Position numbers and translations under genes: made by a program
Shown: one piece after another, positions 19,523 to 29,287 of the stretch
How positions within the stretch are numbered: the first letter of the stretch is position 1
Layout: the number at the start of each line of letters is the position of its first letter
The notes under the pieces: generated by a model
Database searches by the model: none
The model's input: only the letters and a program-made list of their open reading frames with translations
Told to the model about the DNA's origin: nothing
Assembly: GCA_036569045.1 (NCBI GenBank)
Contig: DATCRI010000009.1
Coordinates: 48,464 to 112,463, forward strand
Direction of reading: 5' to 3'
Length of the DNA: 64,000 nt
DNA from: Chthoniobacterales bacterium
GTDB lineage: Bacteria > Verrucomicrobiota > Verrucomicrobiia > Chthoniobacterales > JAATET01

Positions 19523-22153
19523 TCAAACCGCCTTGAAATCGACCTGCTGCTTGAACATGTCGACCTTGGCCACGATCACCTCGATCGTCTGCCCGGCCTC
19601 GTAAACGCGCTTCGTCTTGCGGCCGATGAACCTCCCGCGGGCGGCATCGTGCAGGTAAAAGTCGTCGTCGAGGGTGGAGACATGGACGAGGCCGGAAATC
19701 AGGAACTCGGGCAGCTCCACGAAGAGGCCGTAGTTGCGGACCTCGAGGATGAGGGCCGGGAACGGATGCCCCTCGCGCGAGGACGTCTGGCGCTGGAAAT
19801 ACTCGAGCTTCTTGAGCTTCGTCGATTCGCGTTCGGCGTCGGTGGCGACGCGCTCGGTCGTCGAGATGTGCTCGGCGAGCGAGGCGATCTCCGTGGAATT
19901 TGGGCCGGACTTCGTGAGGCCGAGGTGGCGTTCCAGCGAGCGATGGACGATGAGGTCGGCGTAGCGACGGATCGGGCTGGTGAAGTGCGTGTAATTTTCC
20001 TTCGCGAGGCCGTAGTGACCGAGCGGAGCGGGGCCGTAGGTCGCGCGCTTGAGGCTCTTCAGCAGGCCGATCTTGAGCGCGTTCTCGAACGACTGGCCGC
20101 GGGTCGCGGCGAGGAGTCGCACGAGGTTGTCGCGATTCGTGAGATCGCCCACGCGGAGACCGTGGGCCACGGCCGTTTCGCGATATTCGGCGAGCTTGTC
20201 GGGATCCGGCTTCTCGTGGACGCGGTAGACGGTGGGCTGCCTGGCGAGGGTGAGCTCGCGGGCAACGCACTCGTTCGCGAAGAGCATCAGCTCCTCGATG
20301 AGCTGGTGCGAGATGTCGTTCTCGATACGCTCGAGGCGCACGGGCACGCCCTTGTCGTCGAGCCAGACCTTGACCTCGGGGAAGTCGAGCTCGAGCGAGC
20401 CTTTTGCGAACCGCTGTTTCCGCAGCAGCGAGGAAAGCTCCCAGGCCGTGTGCACGCGCCGGGAGACTTCGTCCGTCGGCGGCTTTTGCAGAATGGCGAA
20501 GGCCTCCTTGTAAGTGAGGCGCGCGGCGCTGCGGATGACGGATTTGCCAAAGCGCACGTTGTGCACCTTTCCGCTCGTGGAGACTTCCGCGAAGACCGAG
20601 AAGGCGAGGCGATCGACCTGCGGCTTCAGGCTGCAGATGCCGTTGCTCAGCGCCTCGGGCAGCATCGGGATGACGCGGTCGGCCAGGTAGACGCTGTTCC
20701 CGCGGCCCACGGCCTCGCGATCCAGCGACGTCTTCGGGCGCACGTAATGCGACACGTCGGCGATGTGCACACTCACGGACCAGCCGTTCTTCGTGCGCTG
20801 CACCTCGACGGCGTCGTCGAAGTCCTTCGCGTCGTCGGGATCGATCGTGATGATGAAGCGGTCCCGCAGGTCGATGCGGCGGGCCGCCTCTTCCGGCGGC
20901 ACGGTCGGGGCGATGCGCTCCGCCTCCCGGACGACATCGTCGGGAAATTTTTCGGGCAGGTTGTATTTGCGGATGATCGAGAGGATGTCGACGCCGGGAG
21001 CGCCGGTGCGGCCGAGCACCTCGATGACGTGCCCCTCGGGATTCACGTGGCGCGACGGCCAGGCATCGAGCTTCGCGACGACCTTGTCGCCGGCGGAGGC
21101 GCGGAGGTCTGCCGCGGGGACGGGCACGTAGAGGTTGTGGACGAAACGCGGATCGTCCGCGACGACGTAGAAGAAGTTCTTCGACTTCTGCAGCGTGCCG
21201 ACAATTTTTTCGTTCGCGCGCTTGAGGATGCGGATCACCCGGCCTTCGCGTCGCGGGGGAGTGCCCGGCGCGACCTTGCGCCACGGCTCCGACGAGCCCC
21301 CCTTGTTGATGCGGGCGACGACGACGTCGCCGTGCATGGCGGTCCACGTATTCTCCGCGCTCACGTAGAGGTCGGCCTCGCCCTGCTTTTCGTTCAGCAC
21401 GTGGGCGGCGCCGCTGGCGTGGAATTGAATGACGCCAGTGAAGAGGTCGGCGTCCTGCGGAACGACGTAGCGATCCTTCCGGACGCGCGCGATCTCGCCG
21501 AGGTTTTCCATCTCGGAGAGCAGCTCGCGAAGTCGACGACGGTCGTCGGCGGGGAGGTTCAGGCGTTTGGAGATTTCGACCTTGTCCAGCGGCTGAGCGC
21601 GCACGAGCTCGACGATCTGTTCACGGAGCGAGCGGCCGGCGGAGGAGGGACGCGTGGGCTTGTCGCGATGCGGCCTGGGTGGCCGGGAATCCTGGGCCGG
21701 CCGGTCGAGGCGAGGGCGTGGCTTCTTTGGATCGCGACTCGGAGCCTGCCGGGATTTGCCGGGGGGACGCTGGGAGGGGGCGTCCTCGGGGGCCTTGCCG
21801 CGGTTGCGGCGAGGGCGCGGCTGCTCTGCGACGGGCTGGCGGGTTTCTTCCGGCGGACGCGCGGATTTCCCCTTGCGGCGACGACGTTTCTTGGAAGGGC
21901 CGGCGGTTTTCTCGGGAGACGGTTTCTCCGGGATCGGGCGGGATTTACCGCGGACGAGATCGACGAAGCGCTCGCGAAGAGACTTTTTGGGTTTCGAGGC
22001 GGGGGACGGTTTGGGGGCCGATCTGGACTTCCCTTTTCGGCGCTCGTTTTCTGGCACGGAGCGAGTTTCCCCGCCGGGTCCCGCGAATACAAGAAAATGC
22101 TTGCCTGCCGATGGAGGAACGCGACATTTACGCGTCTGCTTTTCTCGACTCAT
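19523..22153 (-). CDS. rnr: Ribonuclease R with a long basic N-terminal extension
   Basis: HTH/cold-shock region, RNB catalytic domain ([15 protein letters not shown]...[16 protein letters not shown]) and a C-terminal S1 domain. Start taken at ATG 22153; ATG 22213 also exists and a non-ATG internal start cannot be excluded. Confidence 0.9.
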   Translation of the reverse strand: MSREKQTRKCRVPPSAGKHFLVFAGPGGETRSVPENERRKGKSRSAPKPSPASKPKKSLRERFVDLVRGKSRPIPEKPSPEKTAGPSKKRRRRKGKSARPPEETRQPVAEQPRPRRNRGKAPEDAPSQRPPGKSRQAPSRDPKKPRPRLDRPAQDSRPPRPHRDKPTRPSSAGRSLREQIVELVRAQPLDKVEISKRLNLPADDRRRLRELLSEMENLGEIARVRKDRYVVPQDADLFTGVIQFHASGAAHVLNEKQGEADLYVSAENTWTAMHGDVVVARINKGGSSEPWRKVAPGTPPRREGRVIRILKRANEKIVGTLQKSKNFFYVVADDPRFVHNLYVPVPAADLRASAGDKVVAKLDAWPSRHVNPEGHVIEVLGRTGAPGVDILSIIRKYNLPEKFPDDVVREAERIAPTVPPEEAARRIDLRDRFIITIDPDDAKDFDDAVEVQRTKNGWSVSVHIADVSHYVRPKTSLDREAVGRGNSVYLADRVIPMLPEALSNGICSLKPQVDRLAFSVFAEVSTSGKVHNVRFGKSVIRSAARLTYKEAFAILQKPPTDEVSRRVHTAWELSSLLRKQRFAKGSLELDFPEVKVWLDDKGVPVRLERIENDISHQLIEELMLFANECVARELTLARQPTVYRVHEKPDPDKLAEYRETAVAHGLRVGDLTNRDNLVRLLAATRGQSFENALKIGLLKSLKRATYGPAPLGHYGLAKENYTHFTSPIRRYADLIVHRSLERHLGLTKSGPNSTEIASLAEHISTTERVATDAERESTKLKKLEYFQRQTSSREGHPFPALILEVRNYGLFVELPEFLISGLVHVSTLDDDFYLHDAARGRFIGRKTKRVYEAGQTIEVIVAKVDMFKQQVDFKAV

Positions 22154-22718
22154 GATCTCCCCTAAACTCTCCTCCCGTCGCGGCTTTACCCTTATCGAAT
22201 TGCTGGTCGTCATCGCGATTCTTGCGATCCTGATGACCCTCCTTTTCCCCGCGGTGCAGGGCGCGATGGAAACCGCGAAAAAGACTCAGGCCAAGAATGA
22301 CGTCACGCAGATCGTGGCGGCGATCAATGCCTATGTCGCGGAATACGGCAAGATGCCCATTGCCGGTGGAGGCAACACCGATGTGGAGGGTGATGCAGGA
22401 AATTCGGAGGTGTTGTGGGAAGTTTTGAGCGGGCAAAACGTTAATGATCTAAACCCGAGAGAGCTTGTTTTTATGGAGGTCCCGAACGCGAAAAGTGGAA
22501 AAAATGGCCGCGTTGCCAATGGTAACCGTCAGACTGGGCAGTTTTTGGATTCTTGGAACAAGCCCTACAAGATCGCCATGGATGGCGATTACGACAATAA
22601 GGTAAGGGGACCTAATGGGTCCGATATCACGAAGACGGTGATCGCCTGGTCCCCCGGCACTCCGGTGAAGGGTTCTCCCAACACGGACGCCAAAAAGTTC
22701 ATCAAGTCCTGGGAGTAG
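22152..22718 (+). CDS. Prepilin-type N-terminal cleavage/methylation domain protein (pseudopilin-like)
   Basis: [11 protein letters not shown]|[16 protein letters not shown] is the canonical class III signal peptide and hydrophobic helix. Confidence 0.8.
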   Translation: MISPKLSSRRGFTLIELLVVIAILAILMTLLFPAVQGAMETAKKTQAKNDVTQIVAAINAYVAEYGKMPIAGGGNTDVEGDAGNSEVLWEVLSGQNVNDLNPRELVFMEVPNAKSGKNGRVANGNRQTGQFLDSWNKPYKIAMDGDYDNKVRGPNGSDITKTVIAWSPGTPVKGSPNTDAKKFIKSWE

Positions 22719-22740
22719 TCCCGGGACGTCCCAGCCTTAC

Positions 22741-22811
22741 GCGGGTGTAGTTCAATGGTAGAACGGCAGCTTCCCAAGCTGCATACGAGGGTTCGATTCC
22801 CTTCACCCGCT
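22741..22811 (+). tRNA. tRNA-Gly (anticodon CCC)
   Basis: Hand-folded cloverleaf: GCGGGTG/CACCCGC acceptor, GTTC-AATGGTA-GAAC D arm, GCAGC-TTCCCAA-GCTGC anticodon arm, GAGGG-TTCGATT-CCCTT T arm, discriminator U. CCA not encoded. Confidence 0.95.
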
Positions 22812-22820
22812 CTCTTGATA

Positions 22821-22842
22821 ATCAACGACTTACGTTGATTTT
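22821..22842 (+). terminator. Hairpin plus T-run after tRNA-Gly
   Basis: ATCAACG-ACTTA-CGTTGAT followed by TTTT. Followed immediately by the tandem 9-mer TGCACCAAG-AC-TGCACCAAG (22842-22861). Confidence 0.4.
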
Positions 22843-22913
22843 GCACCAAGACTGCACCAAGCAGCCCGTTTAACAGAGTAAAAGTGCTCTTTTCCTGAGG
22901 CTCTGGTGCGGCG

Positions 22914-23210
22914 TCAATCGGCATCCTGGAATTCCGGAAATCCATTTGGTTTTGGCCTGAGGTAAACGCGGTGGTTTGCGAGCGGGAGCCACTCGGCAAT
23001 TTGAATTCCACGGCTCTTGCAGAGTGCGACTTGGGCGGGCTTGGGATGCCACTGGCAGGTGAGGGGTTGATCGAGAAATAATCGCGGTCCGCAGATCAGA
23101 ACTTCCATGGCATAGCAGAGACGCAACTCGAGTCGACGACTCCATCGGCATATCTCGAAGAACTCGTGTGGGTGGTGGAAGAGCCAGCCCATTTGCCAAG
23201 ACTCATTCAT
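22914..23210 (-). CDS. Hypothetical protein (last gene of ATGA-coupled operon)
   Basis: ATG at 23210 overlaps the upstream stop (ATGA). 98 aa, Trp/His-rich; no family recognised. Confidence 0.45.
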   Translation of the reverse strand: MNESWQMGWLFHHPHEFFEICRWSRRLELRLCYAMEVLICGPRLFLDQPLTCQWHPKPAQVALCKSRGIQIAEWLPLANHRVYLRPKPNGFPEFQDAD

Positions 23211-24079
23211 GGCGCGGGGCTGCGAAAGAGAAACGCCGCGCGGGTTTGGTTGATCGACTCCGCGTTCCTTCCATCGAAGAAGACGCGCTCGGTTCGGGAC
23301 GTCAGGCAATTCTCGAAATCCTCAACAAGCAACCTCTCCACGGTCTGGGGAAGCGAGTCGTCCGCGACGGCGATGACGCCGGCGTGCCACAACTGCTCCA
23401 TCAAAAACTCGGGACGTGAGCGGTCGGTGAGAAGTCCGAATGCCGTTCCCTCGAGCCAGGGACTGAGGACGAGATGAACACAGGTCGCCGCCTCGAGAAG
23501 GTGCGAATAGGGCTGCATCCCGGACTGCAAAAGACGTTCGAGTGAGGCGGCTTCCCACGGCTCGAGGACGCCTTGGTTGACCGCGGCAGAGAAGGATTCT
23601 CGGGCGTCGGAAATCGCCGAACCCGTATAGCGGGAACCGGTCGAGCGGCTGAGCTCCAGAATCGTCGCCACTCCCTCAACGATCCCTTGGATCGATTCGA
23701 TCCGACCGAGTCCACCCATGCGAGCCAAGATGCACGCACAAGACAGGAGGCGGAGGGCGAGCGGATTGCGAAGGGTGAGAGGCGAATGGGCTTCGAGCCA
23801 AGTCGCGACGGCACAACTATCCCTCTCGAAATCGCGGAATGGCGCGACGTAAAACGAATCGGCCGTCAGCGCCAGGACCTCCTCCGCGCGACCACTGGGA
23901 GCGAGAATCTCCCGCACGCGGTCGACGGATTTTGCACCGAGGATCAAGGCTCCGGGACGCGACGAGGCTCCGAGAACAAGCGGAAGCAGGTGCGCAAAAC
24001 CCGGCAGCGGAGCGTTCTTCGAACGGGATGCGGCGCGACGAAGCAGAACCTCAACAAAGTGGTGAAGATGAGCTTTCAT
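23207..24079 (-). CDS. Hypothetical protein, 290 aa
   Basis: ATG at 24079 overlaps the upstream stop (ATGA). Helical-looking; no motif recognised. Confidence 0.5.
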   Translation of the reverse strand: MKAHLHHFVEVLLRRAASRSKNAPLPGFAHLLPLVLGASSRPGALILGAKSVDRVREILAPSGRAEEVLALTADSFYVAPFRDFERDSCAVATWLEAHSPLTLRNPLALRLLSCACILARMGGLGRIESIQGIVEGVATILELSRSTGSRYTGSAISDARESFSAAVNQGVLEPWEAASLERLLQSGMQPYSHLLEAATCVHLVLSPWLEGTAFGLLTDRSRPEFLMEQLWHAGVIAVADDSLPQTVERLLVEDFENCLTSRTERVFFDGRNAESINQTRAAFLFRSPAP

Positions 24080-24462
24080 TGGGGATGGCCGAGAGCGTGG
24101 GCGAAATCCCACATGGCGAGGTGAAATTTCCGGAACTCATCGCCGGAGATCGCGAGGATCGTTTCTGGATTCACGGAAAGCCCCTGAAAGGCCTTGCCCC
24201 AATGCTCCCAGCGGTCTTCGGCGACGTGATCCGGGCGGCTCATGCACGAAAGCGCATCGAGGGCTTCCTCGAAGGACTCGACGATTTCTGCCCGCGCGGT
24301 GGCGTGGAGTTCCTGCTGAGCCGCACCAAAATCGAGATAAAATCCCGGCAGGCGTCCATGCACCCGCCAGCGGAGCAGGCATTCGGCGACGGTGGCGACG
24401 CACGCTCCGCCGACCGTTTCGTCGGGGGGCACATAGCGGTGAGAGTCGGGTGGAAGTTTCAT
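24076..24462 (-). CDS. Hypothetical protein, 128 aa
   Basis: ATG at 24462 overlaps the upstream stop (ATGA). Confidence 0.5.
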   Translation of the reverse strand: MKLPPDSHRYVPPDETVGGACVATVAECLLRWRVHGRLPGFYLDFGAAQQELHATARAEIVESFEEALDALSCMSRPDHVAEDRWEHWGKAFQGLSVNPETILAISGDEFRKFHLAMWDFAHALGHPQ

Positions 24463-24881
24463 CGGGCAACGAGGCGGTAAAGTCCCCGACTGACCCGGAC
24501 AATACGCGGATCATTGGGCCGGTTGAGGGTGTCGTGAACCTTGGCTGTGAGCGTGTCGCGGTCCTTGTGCGGACGCGTCCGCGCGATGGCCTCCACGATC
24601 TCCGCGCGGCTCATCGTCGGCCGCATGGAGAGGACGTCGTAGACCGCGGCGCGGAGCGAGCCGGGCCGTGGCGGACGCATGGGAGCAAGCGCCTGCGGCA
24701 GGCGCGGCGAAGAACTGACCGCTGCCCGAGCCGGCATGGAAACAATGGGCCGCGGCGCAGGGACACGGGGCGGCTCCACCATCGTGCGCGCGGCAATGAG
24801 TTCATCGATAGCCTGGCGCAGATGCTTGAGGGCGGCCGGATCGGCGTGAAGGAGAGAGGCGAGAGAGTCAGCGATTTTCAT
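24459..24881 (-). CDS. Hypothetical protein, 140 aa, possible C-terminal winged-helix
   Basis: ATG at 24881 overlaps the upstream stop (ATGA). Pro-rich linker, then AAVYDVLSMRPTMSRAEIVEAIARTR... Confidence 0.45.
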   Translation of the reverse strand: MKIADSLASLLHADPAALKHLRQAIDELIAARTMVEPPRVPAPRPIVSMPARAAVSSSPRLPQALAPMRPPRPGSLRAAVYDVLSMRPTMSRAEIVEAIARTRPHKDRDTLTAKVHDTLNRPNDPRIVRVSRGLYRLVAR

Positions 24882-26161
24882 TGGTAGGAGAGGACGAGTT
24901 TTTCGAGGGGCGGAGTGAGGTCGTAGGGCAGCGGCATCGGCAGCCTCGTGGCGGACAGCGCGATGTCGGCCTGCAGGAACTTGCCTCGCTCGGCGCCAAT
25001 CCAGAACAGGGTTTGCGAAGGCAATGTCGGCGCGAATGCCTGACCGTAGGTGTCCTGGCCGACGAGCGAACCGTTCACGAGAAAGTGCCCGTTTCCGACG
25101 GGCAGCTGCATGGAGATGTGTTTGTCCCCGATGACGAAGAGCTCCGGGATCTGGCCCTCCGGGCCGTGACGCAAGGCGGAGTGGTAAGCCTCGCGCTTGA
25201 AGCCTGCGACGCAATACTCGCCGCCCCGAAATTGATCCCCGTGCGAGACCTGGATGAGGGTGTTCTGGATCTCGATCAACTGGCGGGATGAATCGCGCAG
25301 ATCGAAGGTGATGTGTTCGGTGTCCTCGAGAATGGACTCGAGTGCCGTATAGACGAGGCGGTCGAAATTGGACTCACGACCTACGGTCGGCATGCGGCGC
25401 TGGTTGGGCCAGCGGCCGTGGTTACCGGCGACGCCATGGACCACGATCTTCGGCGCCGGGAAACGCAAAAGCATCTGCGAGAGAGCTCGGATCGCGAGAG
25501 CAAACTGCTGGGCCAGGAGGATGGTGTCCTCCTTCTCGGCATGGTGGTCGAGAACACCCTCCAAGATGTCGCCGAGAAAAATGACCACGAGTTCCTCGAT
25601 GGCCGGACCGCCGTCCAGAAGGCGGGTCACACGACCTTCCAGCTCATGGATGCGCGCAAGCGTGACGGCGGGATTGTAATGCGCCTGGCCCTCGGTTTCT
25701 TCGGGACGGCAAACCTTTCCGAAATGGGCGTCGCCGAAAAGAAGCACCGCGGAAGTGGGCTCATCGATCGCGCGGTCGATAACGAGGGGCGGCGGAGCGA
25801 TGGGGGCCCTGGCCACACATTCCTGGAGCGTGGTTCGGACGACTTCGACCAAGCGATCCTCGAGCACACCCTCCATCGCCGCTTTCTGCTCCCGTTTCGT
25901 TTCGAGCCGACGCTCCCGCTCCGCGACGAGGCGCTCGGCTTCGCTGAGAGTCACAGCGTCGGGCTCCGGCTCTTCGGGCGGCAGCGCAGAAGGCGCCGGT
26001 TCAGAAAGTGTCTTCGAAGAGTAGCCTTTCGAAATCAATTTCCAGCGTACGGAATTCTCCGAACGGCCGAGTGCTTTTGCGATCTCGGCAATCGACCATC
26101 CCGCGGTGAAGAGCGCGAGCATGCGCTCGAATTCTTCTTCGGTCCAAAGACGCACGCTCAT
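24878..26161 (-). CDS. Calcineurin-like metallophosphoesterase with N-terminal HTH (Myb/GcrA-like)
   Basis: ATG at 26161 (MSVRLWTEEEFERMLALFTAGWSIAEIAKALGRSENSV). Phosphoesterase motifs in order: GDAHFG, GDILEG, GNHG, SHGD, GDKH. Confidence 0.65.
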   Translation of the reverse strand: MSVRLWTEEEFERMLALFTAGWSIAEIAKALGRSENSVRWKLISKGYSSKTLSEPAPSALPPEEPEPDAVTLSEAERLVAERERRLETKREQKAAMEGVLEDRLVEVVRTTLQECVARAPIAPPPLVIDRAIDEPTSAVLLFGDAHFGKVCRPEETEGQAHYNPAVTLARIHELEGRVTRLLDGGPAIEELVVIFLGDILEGVLDHHAEKEDTILLAQQFALAIRALSQMLLRFPAPKIVVHGVAGNHGRWPNQRRMPTVGRESNFDRLVYTALESILEDTEHITFDLRDSSRQLIEIQNTLIQVSHGDQFRGGEYCVAGFKREAYHSALRHGPEGQIPELFVIGDKHISMQLPVGNGHFLVNGSLVGQDTYGQAFAPTLPSQTLFWIGAERGKFLQADIALSATRLPMPLPYDLTPPLEKLVLSYQ

Positions 26162-26394
26162 CGGCCTCCTCCATTGTCTTCGACCGCCACGGTGGCGGCT
26201 GCCCTCACCGCGGCGACGGCGATGGCCATGAAACGGTCGAGTTGAGTTTCGGAATCCTGCGCGGCGGAGAGCTGAACCATCTCGGAAAAGATGAGGCCGG
26301 CGGCGCGCAGGGCAGGCATCTCCGCGTCGAGCGGAGAGTCGGAAAGCTCCTCTTGGAGAAGCTGGAGAACGAGTCGGTGATTGGCGGTCAACAT
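26158..26394 (-). CDS. Hypothetical protein, 78 aa (first gene of the operon)
   Basis: Its stop overlaps the next ATG (ATGA at 26158-26161). Acidic and helical. Confidence 0.4.
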   Translation of the reverse strand: MLTANHRLVLQLLQEELSDSPLDAEMPALRAAGLIFSEMVQLSAAQDSETQLDRFMAIAVAAVRAAATVAVEDNGGGR

Positions 26395-26468
26395 AGGTCT
26401 TCACCGGATATAGACGCAGCAAAACCGCCGTTGCCGCACGCGGCGCGGGATTTTTCCTGTTCGCGAAG

Positions 26469-27176
26469 ATGGCGGGAGCCTCGGTGTCCCGATGTTCCCG
26501 CCCGCGCGGTGAGTTGATCGGAAGGGCCGGTGTGAAAAACAATCTCACACCAAGCTGTGCGCCGTCCTCGCAGGCGGCGCGGAACCATCAAAATCAAACA
26601 GGACTTTCCGCACTGCGGCGGATCATTGCTGGCGCGGGAAGCGGCCGAGACGAGGAGGACGCGTCTCTCCTGCTCCTTCGCCGCATTCGCTCGGAAGCCG
26701 GTGAACATTGCCGGATCGGCTGGGCCGATCGCGAGGACGTCGTGCAGACGGTGCTCTGCGATATGCATCACCGTCTCACCTGCGACGAGGGACTCAAAAG
26801 CCGTGTTGCGGGTCACTGCACCGACCGAGAGCTGATGCGCGCACTTCGAGCCCGCATCAGGCTTCGTCTGCGCTCGCGCACCGTGGACGCGATCCGCCGG
26901 ATCAGCGTGCGGCTCGAAGTGCCGCTCGAAGACACGCCGCAGGAAAATTCACCGCCCCAGATTCCTGATCGCGAGGAAGTGCTGACGGCGCTCCGAACCT
27001 CTCCGAGGCTCAAGACCAGCTACGCGGCCGACCTACGGTATCTCCTCCACATGGTGGAGAATACGGCATCGGCCCGACAAACCGCGCGGGCCCACGTTGT
27101 GAATCCCTCGACGGTCGACCGTGCCGTCAAACGCACACGCCCGCTTCTGCGGGCCGAATTCGGGCTCGACGGGTGA
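26469..27176 (+). CDS. Possible sigma-70/ECF-like transcription factor
   Basis: Divergent from the six-gene operon. EDVVQTVLCDMHHRL is region 2-like; C-terminal ASARQTARAHVVNPSTVDRAVKRTRPLL is a region 4 HTH-like segment. Weak. Confidence 0.35.
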   Translation: MAGASVSRCSRPRGELIGRAGVKNNLTPSCAPSSQAARNHQNQTGLSALRRIIAGAGSGRDEEDASLLLLRRIRSEAGEHCRIGWADREDVVQTVLCDMHHRLTCDEGLKSRVAGHCTDRELMRALRARIRLRLRSRTVDAIRRISVRLEVPLEDTPQENSPPQIPDREEVLTALRTSPRLKTSYAADLRYLLHMVENTASARQTARAHVVNPSTVDRAVKRTRPLLRAEFGLDG

Positions 27177-27277
27177 CCACGCCGTCACCGAAGGCGCGAG
27201 ATCCGCCAATGAAAACACTTGGCGGCGGTCGTCGCCTCTTCAATGTTTCACACAACATGCGGTGGCGCGTGCGCCGT

Positions 27278-27637
27278 TTACCGCGGAAGCATCGAGATCA
27301 CGTCTCTCGCCCGGTAAGGCTTGAACACAAACCTGTCAAATCCCTCTCCCAGAGCGTAGAGGCGAACGTTTTCCGAGACCACTCCCGTCACGGCGATGGC
27401 GAAGATCCACGGCTGCACGCGACGGATTATCTTAATCACGTCGATTCCGCTGCCGACCGGAAGGACGAGATCAACGACGGCGGCCTGAAAGCGAGCTTGT
27501 CGTAACGCCTCGATCGCTTGCTTTGCGTCTTCAATGGAGGTCACCCGATACCTGGCGCGGGCGAATTCAATCTCTAGGATGCGTCGGCACGGCGGGGAGT
27601 CTTCCACCACGAGAACGTGATGGGAGTCTGCGCTCAC
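27278..27637 (-). CDS. Single-domain response regulator (CheY-like receiver)
   Basis: HVLVVEDS...AVVDLVLPVGSG...AVTG...FVFKPY carries the receiver acidic pocket, phospho-Asp and conserved Lys. GTG start in a GTGA overlap with the upstream stop. Confidence 0.8.
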   Translation of the reverse strand: MSADSHHVLVVEDSPPCRRILEIEFARARYRVTSIEDAKQAIEALRQARFQAAVVDLVLPVGSGIDVIKIIRRVQPWIFAIAVTGVVSENVRLYALGEGFDRFVFKPYRARDVISMLPR

Positions 27638-28770
27638 GGCGATTCCTGTTTTCGAGCGCGCCGAAGGACGAATACGCCGAGAACGATCGCTGTGGACAAG
27701 AGGGCGATCGCAGATGGCTCGGGGACTGCGGTGACGTAATACTGCTGACCGCCAGCGGTGAAAACGAAGTCGCCGGTCTCGCCCGCAACCGCGCCGCCGG
27801 TGATCGTGGGAAATCCCGAAGGATCGATCTGGTAAGTTGTCAGAAGATTCCGAAAGAACGTGTCATCGGATTGAAGGACGAGTCCCTCGGGCGCGATCGC
27901 AAGCCACGCGGATTGTTCGGTCAGGTCTTGGAGAACGCGAATGCCGTATGTTCCAGCGATGGAGCTCACCTCCCATCCGGCTGGCACGCTCCCGATTGAA
28001 AAGTAGATCGGAACTCCGCTTCCACCTGCCGGCACCCAGAACATGATCTCTGCCGGGTTCTCCATGGTCGCAGGCGTCTCGTAAAGCACCGTGCCATTGC
28101 CGACAAAGATCGATCCGAATTTGTCATTGTCCGGGAAAGGGAGCGTTCCTGAAGTCGCCGAGTGGAACTGATCGCCGCTTGGCGGAAAGCCCCAGTTCCC
28201 ATTGACCGCCACTGATTGGCGATCCGGGGAGACAGCGAGAGTCAGTCCGCTCGAGCCCACGATCGTGAGTCCAGCAGCAGGACTGCTGCCCGGCACCCAA
28301 TCGTAAATTGCCGTGGGGCTCGAAAAGTCAGCGCGCCTCGCGAAGAAGACGTGACCGCTCTCTGCGGTCAGATTGCTCGCGGCTCCGGAAGACGAACTGC
28401 CCAGGGTAATGGGGTTTGTGCTGCCATTTGAAAGACTGACTGCAGTGAGCGTCGTCGCTGATGTCATGTCGTTTTCCTTCGCGTAAACGCCCAGTCCGCC
28501 GTTGACGATCCGCAAAGTCCCGTAGGCCGGCAGAGTCGGCACGAGATTCACGGCACCGCCTGTCGGCGTCCAGACGGACAGGCTCTCGTTCCCGTCGCTG
28601 TCCCAGACATCTCCCGAGGCCGAGATGTTCCATCCGCCCGCCGGCAAGGTGTAGAGGGTTCCTTGGGGACCGGAGGGAGGCGGCGGGGTAGGCTGTGGTG
28701 TTTGGGCTTCGGCCCGGAAAATCCCCATCCCGATGACGAGGCTCAGGAAAAGTGCGCGTGTTCGGCTCAT
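27634..28770 (-). CDS. PEP-CTERM sorting-domain protein
   Basis: ATG at 28770 with signal peptide. C-terminal VPEPSAIALLSTAIVLGVFVLRRARK. Confidence 0.75.
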   Translation of the reverse strand: MSRTRALFLSLVIGMGIFRAEAQTPQPTPPPPSGPQGTLYTLPAGGWNISASGDVWDSDGNESLSVWTPTGGAVNLVPTLPAYGTLRIVNGGLGVYAKENDMTSATTLTAVSLSNGSTNPITLGSSSSGAASNLTAESGHVFFARRADFSSPTAIYDWVPGSSPAAGLTIVGSSGLTLAVSPDRQSVAVNGNWGFPPSGDQFHSATSGTLPFPDNDKFGSIFVGNGTVLYETPATMENPAEIMFWVPAGGSGVPIYFSIGSVPAGWEVSSIAGTYGIRVLQDLTEQSAWLAIAPEGLVLQSDDTFFRNLLTTYQIDPSGFPTITGGAVAGETGDFVFTAGGQQYYVTAVPEPSAIALLSTAIVLGVFVLRRARKQESP

Positions 28771-28831
28771 GATGAAAAGATCTGTTTTGCGAGTTCCGCG
28801 GCATTTCTTCGGAAATCGCGGAAGGCAGGCG

Positions 28832-29287
28832 TTAGGAAAGGAGACGCTTCTTCGCAGCCGTGAATTCGTCTTCCGAGATGAGGCCTTGGCCGCGAAGCGA
28901 TGCGAGACGATCGAGTTCACTTGTGGTCGACGGCGCGGCGGGACCGTCGGTCGGCAGCACCGACCACACGAGCGCGATGAGCCAAGGAATGCCGGCAAGG
29001 AAGCCGAGGGCATTGGTGATCAAAATTCCCCAATAGTGCCGGCTCCCGCGGTAAGCTGCGATCGAGGTCGGCAGGAAATAGACAAAGAATCCCAGGCAGA
29101 CCGCGAAAAGCGTCTGGATGAGCCAGAACGGATTCTGTCCCCCGTTCATTCCGCGGTTGTAGTTGAGCGGATCGTGCGCGCTGATCCATGCGCCCCATCC
29201 CATGATGCCCAAGAGGAGCGCGGAGGGAACCGCGGCCGGTAGAAAAGCGCGCAGGAGAGTCGAGTTAGAGAGTCTTGAAGTCGACAT
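28832..29287 (-). CDS. Superinfection-immunity-like membrane protein with C-terminal SHOCT domain
   Basis: YFLPTSIAAYRGSRHYWGILITNALGFLAGIPWLIALVWSV resembles the Imm (superinfection immunity) family. C-terminal ELDRLASLRGQGLISEDEFTAAKKRLL is SHOCT-like. Confidence 0.55.
   Translation of the reverse strand: MSTSRLSNSTLLRAFLPAAVPSALLLGIMGWGAWISAHDPLNYNRGMNGGQNPFWLIQTLFAVCLGFFVYFLPTSIAAYRGSRHYWGILITNALGFLAGIPWLIALVWSVLPTDGPAAPSTTSELDRLASLRGQGLISEDEFTAAKKRLLS

Noticed and set aside
19268-22165. 965-aa plus-strand ORF (and 609-aa minus-strand alternative frame 19518..21347)
   Set aside because: It is antisense to, or frame-shifted from, RNase R, whose RNB and S1 motifs are clear. The composition is Arg/Gly/Ala-rich without motifs.
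22589-23011. 140-aa minus-strand ORF overlapping tRNA-Gly
   Set aside because: It runs straight through a canonical tRNA gene and its terminator; it is spurious.
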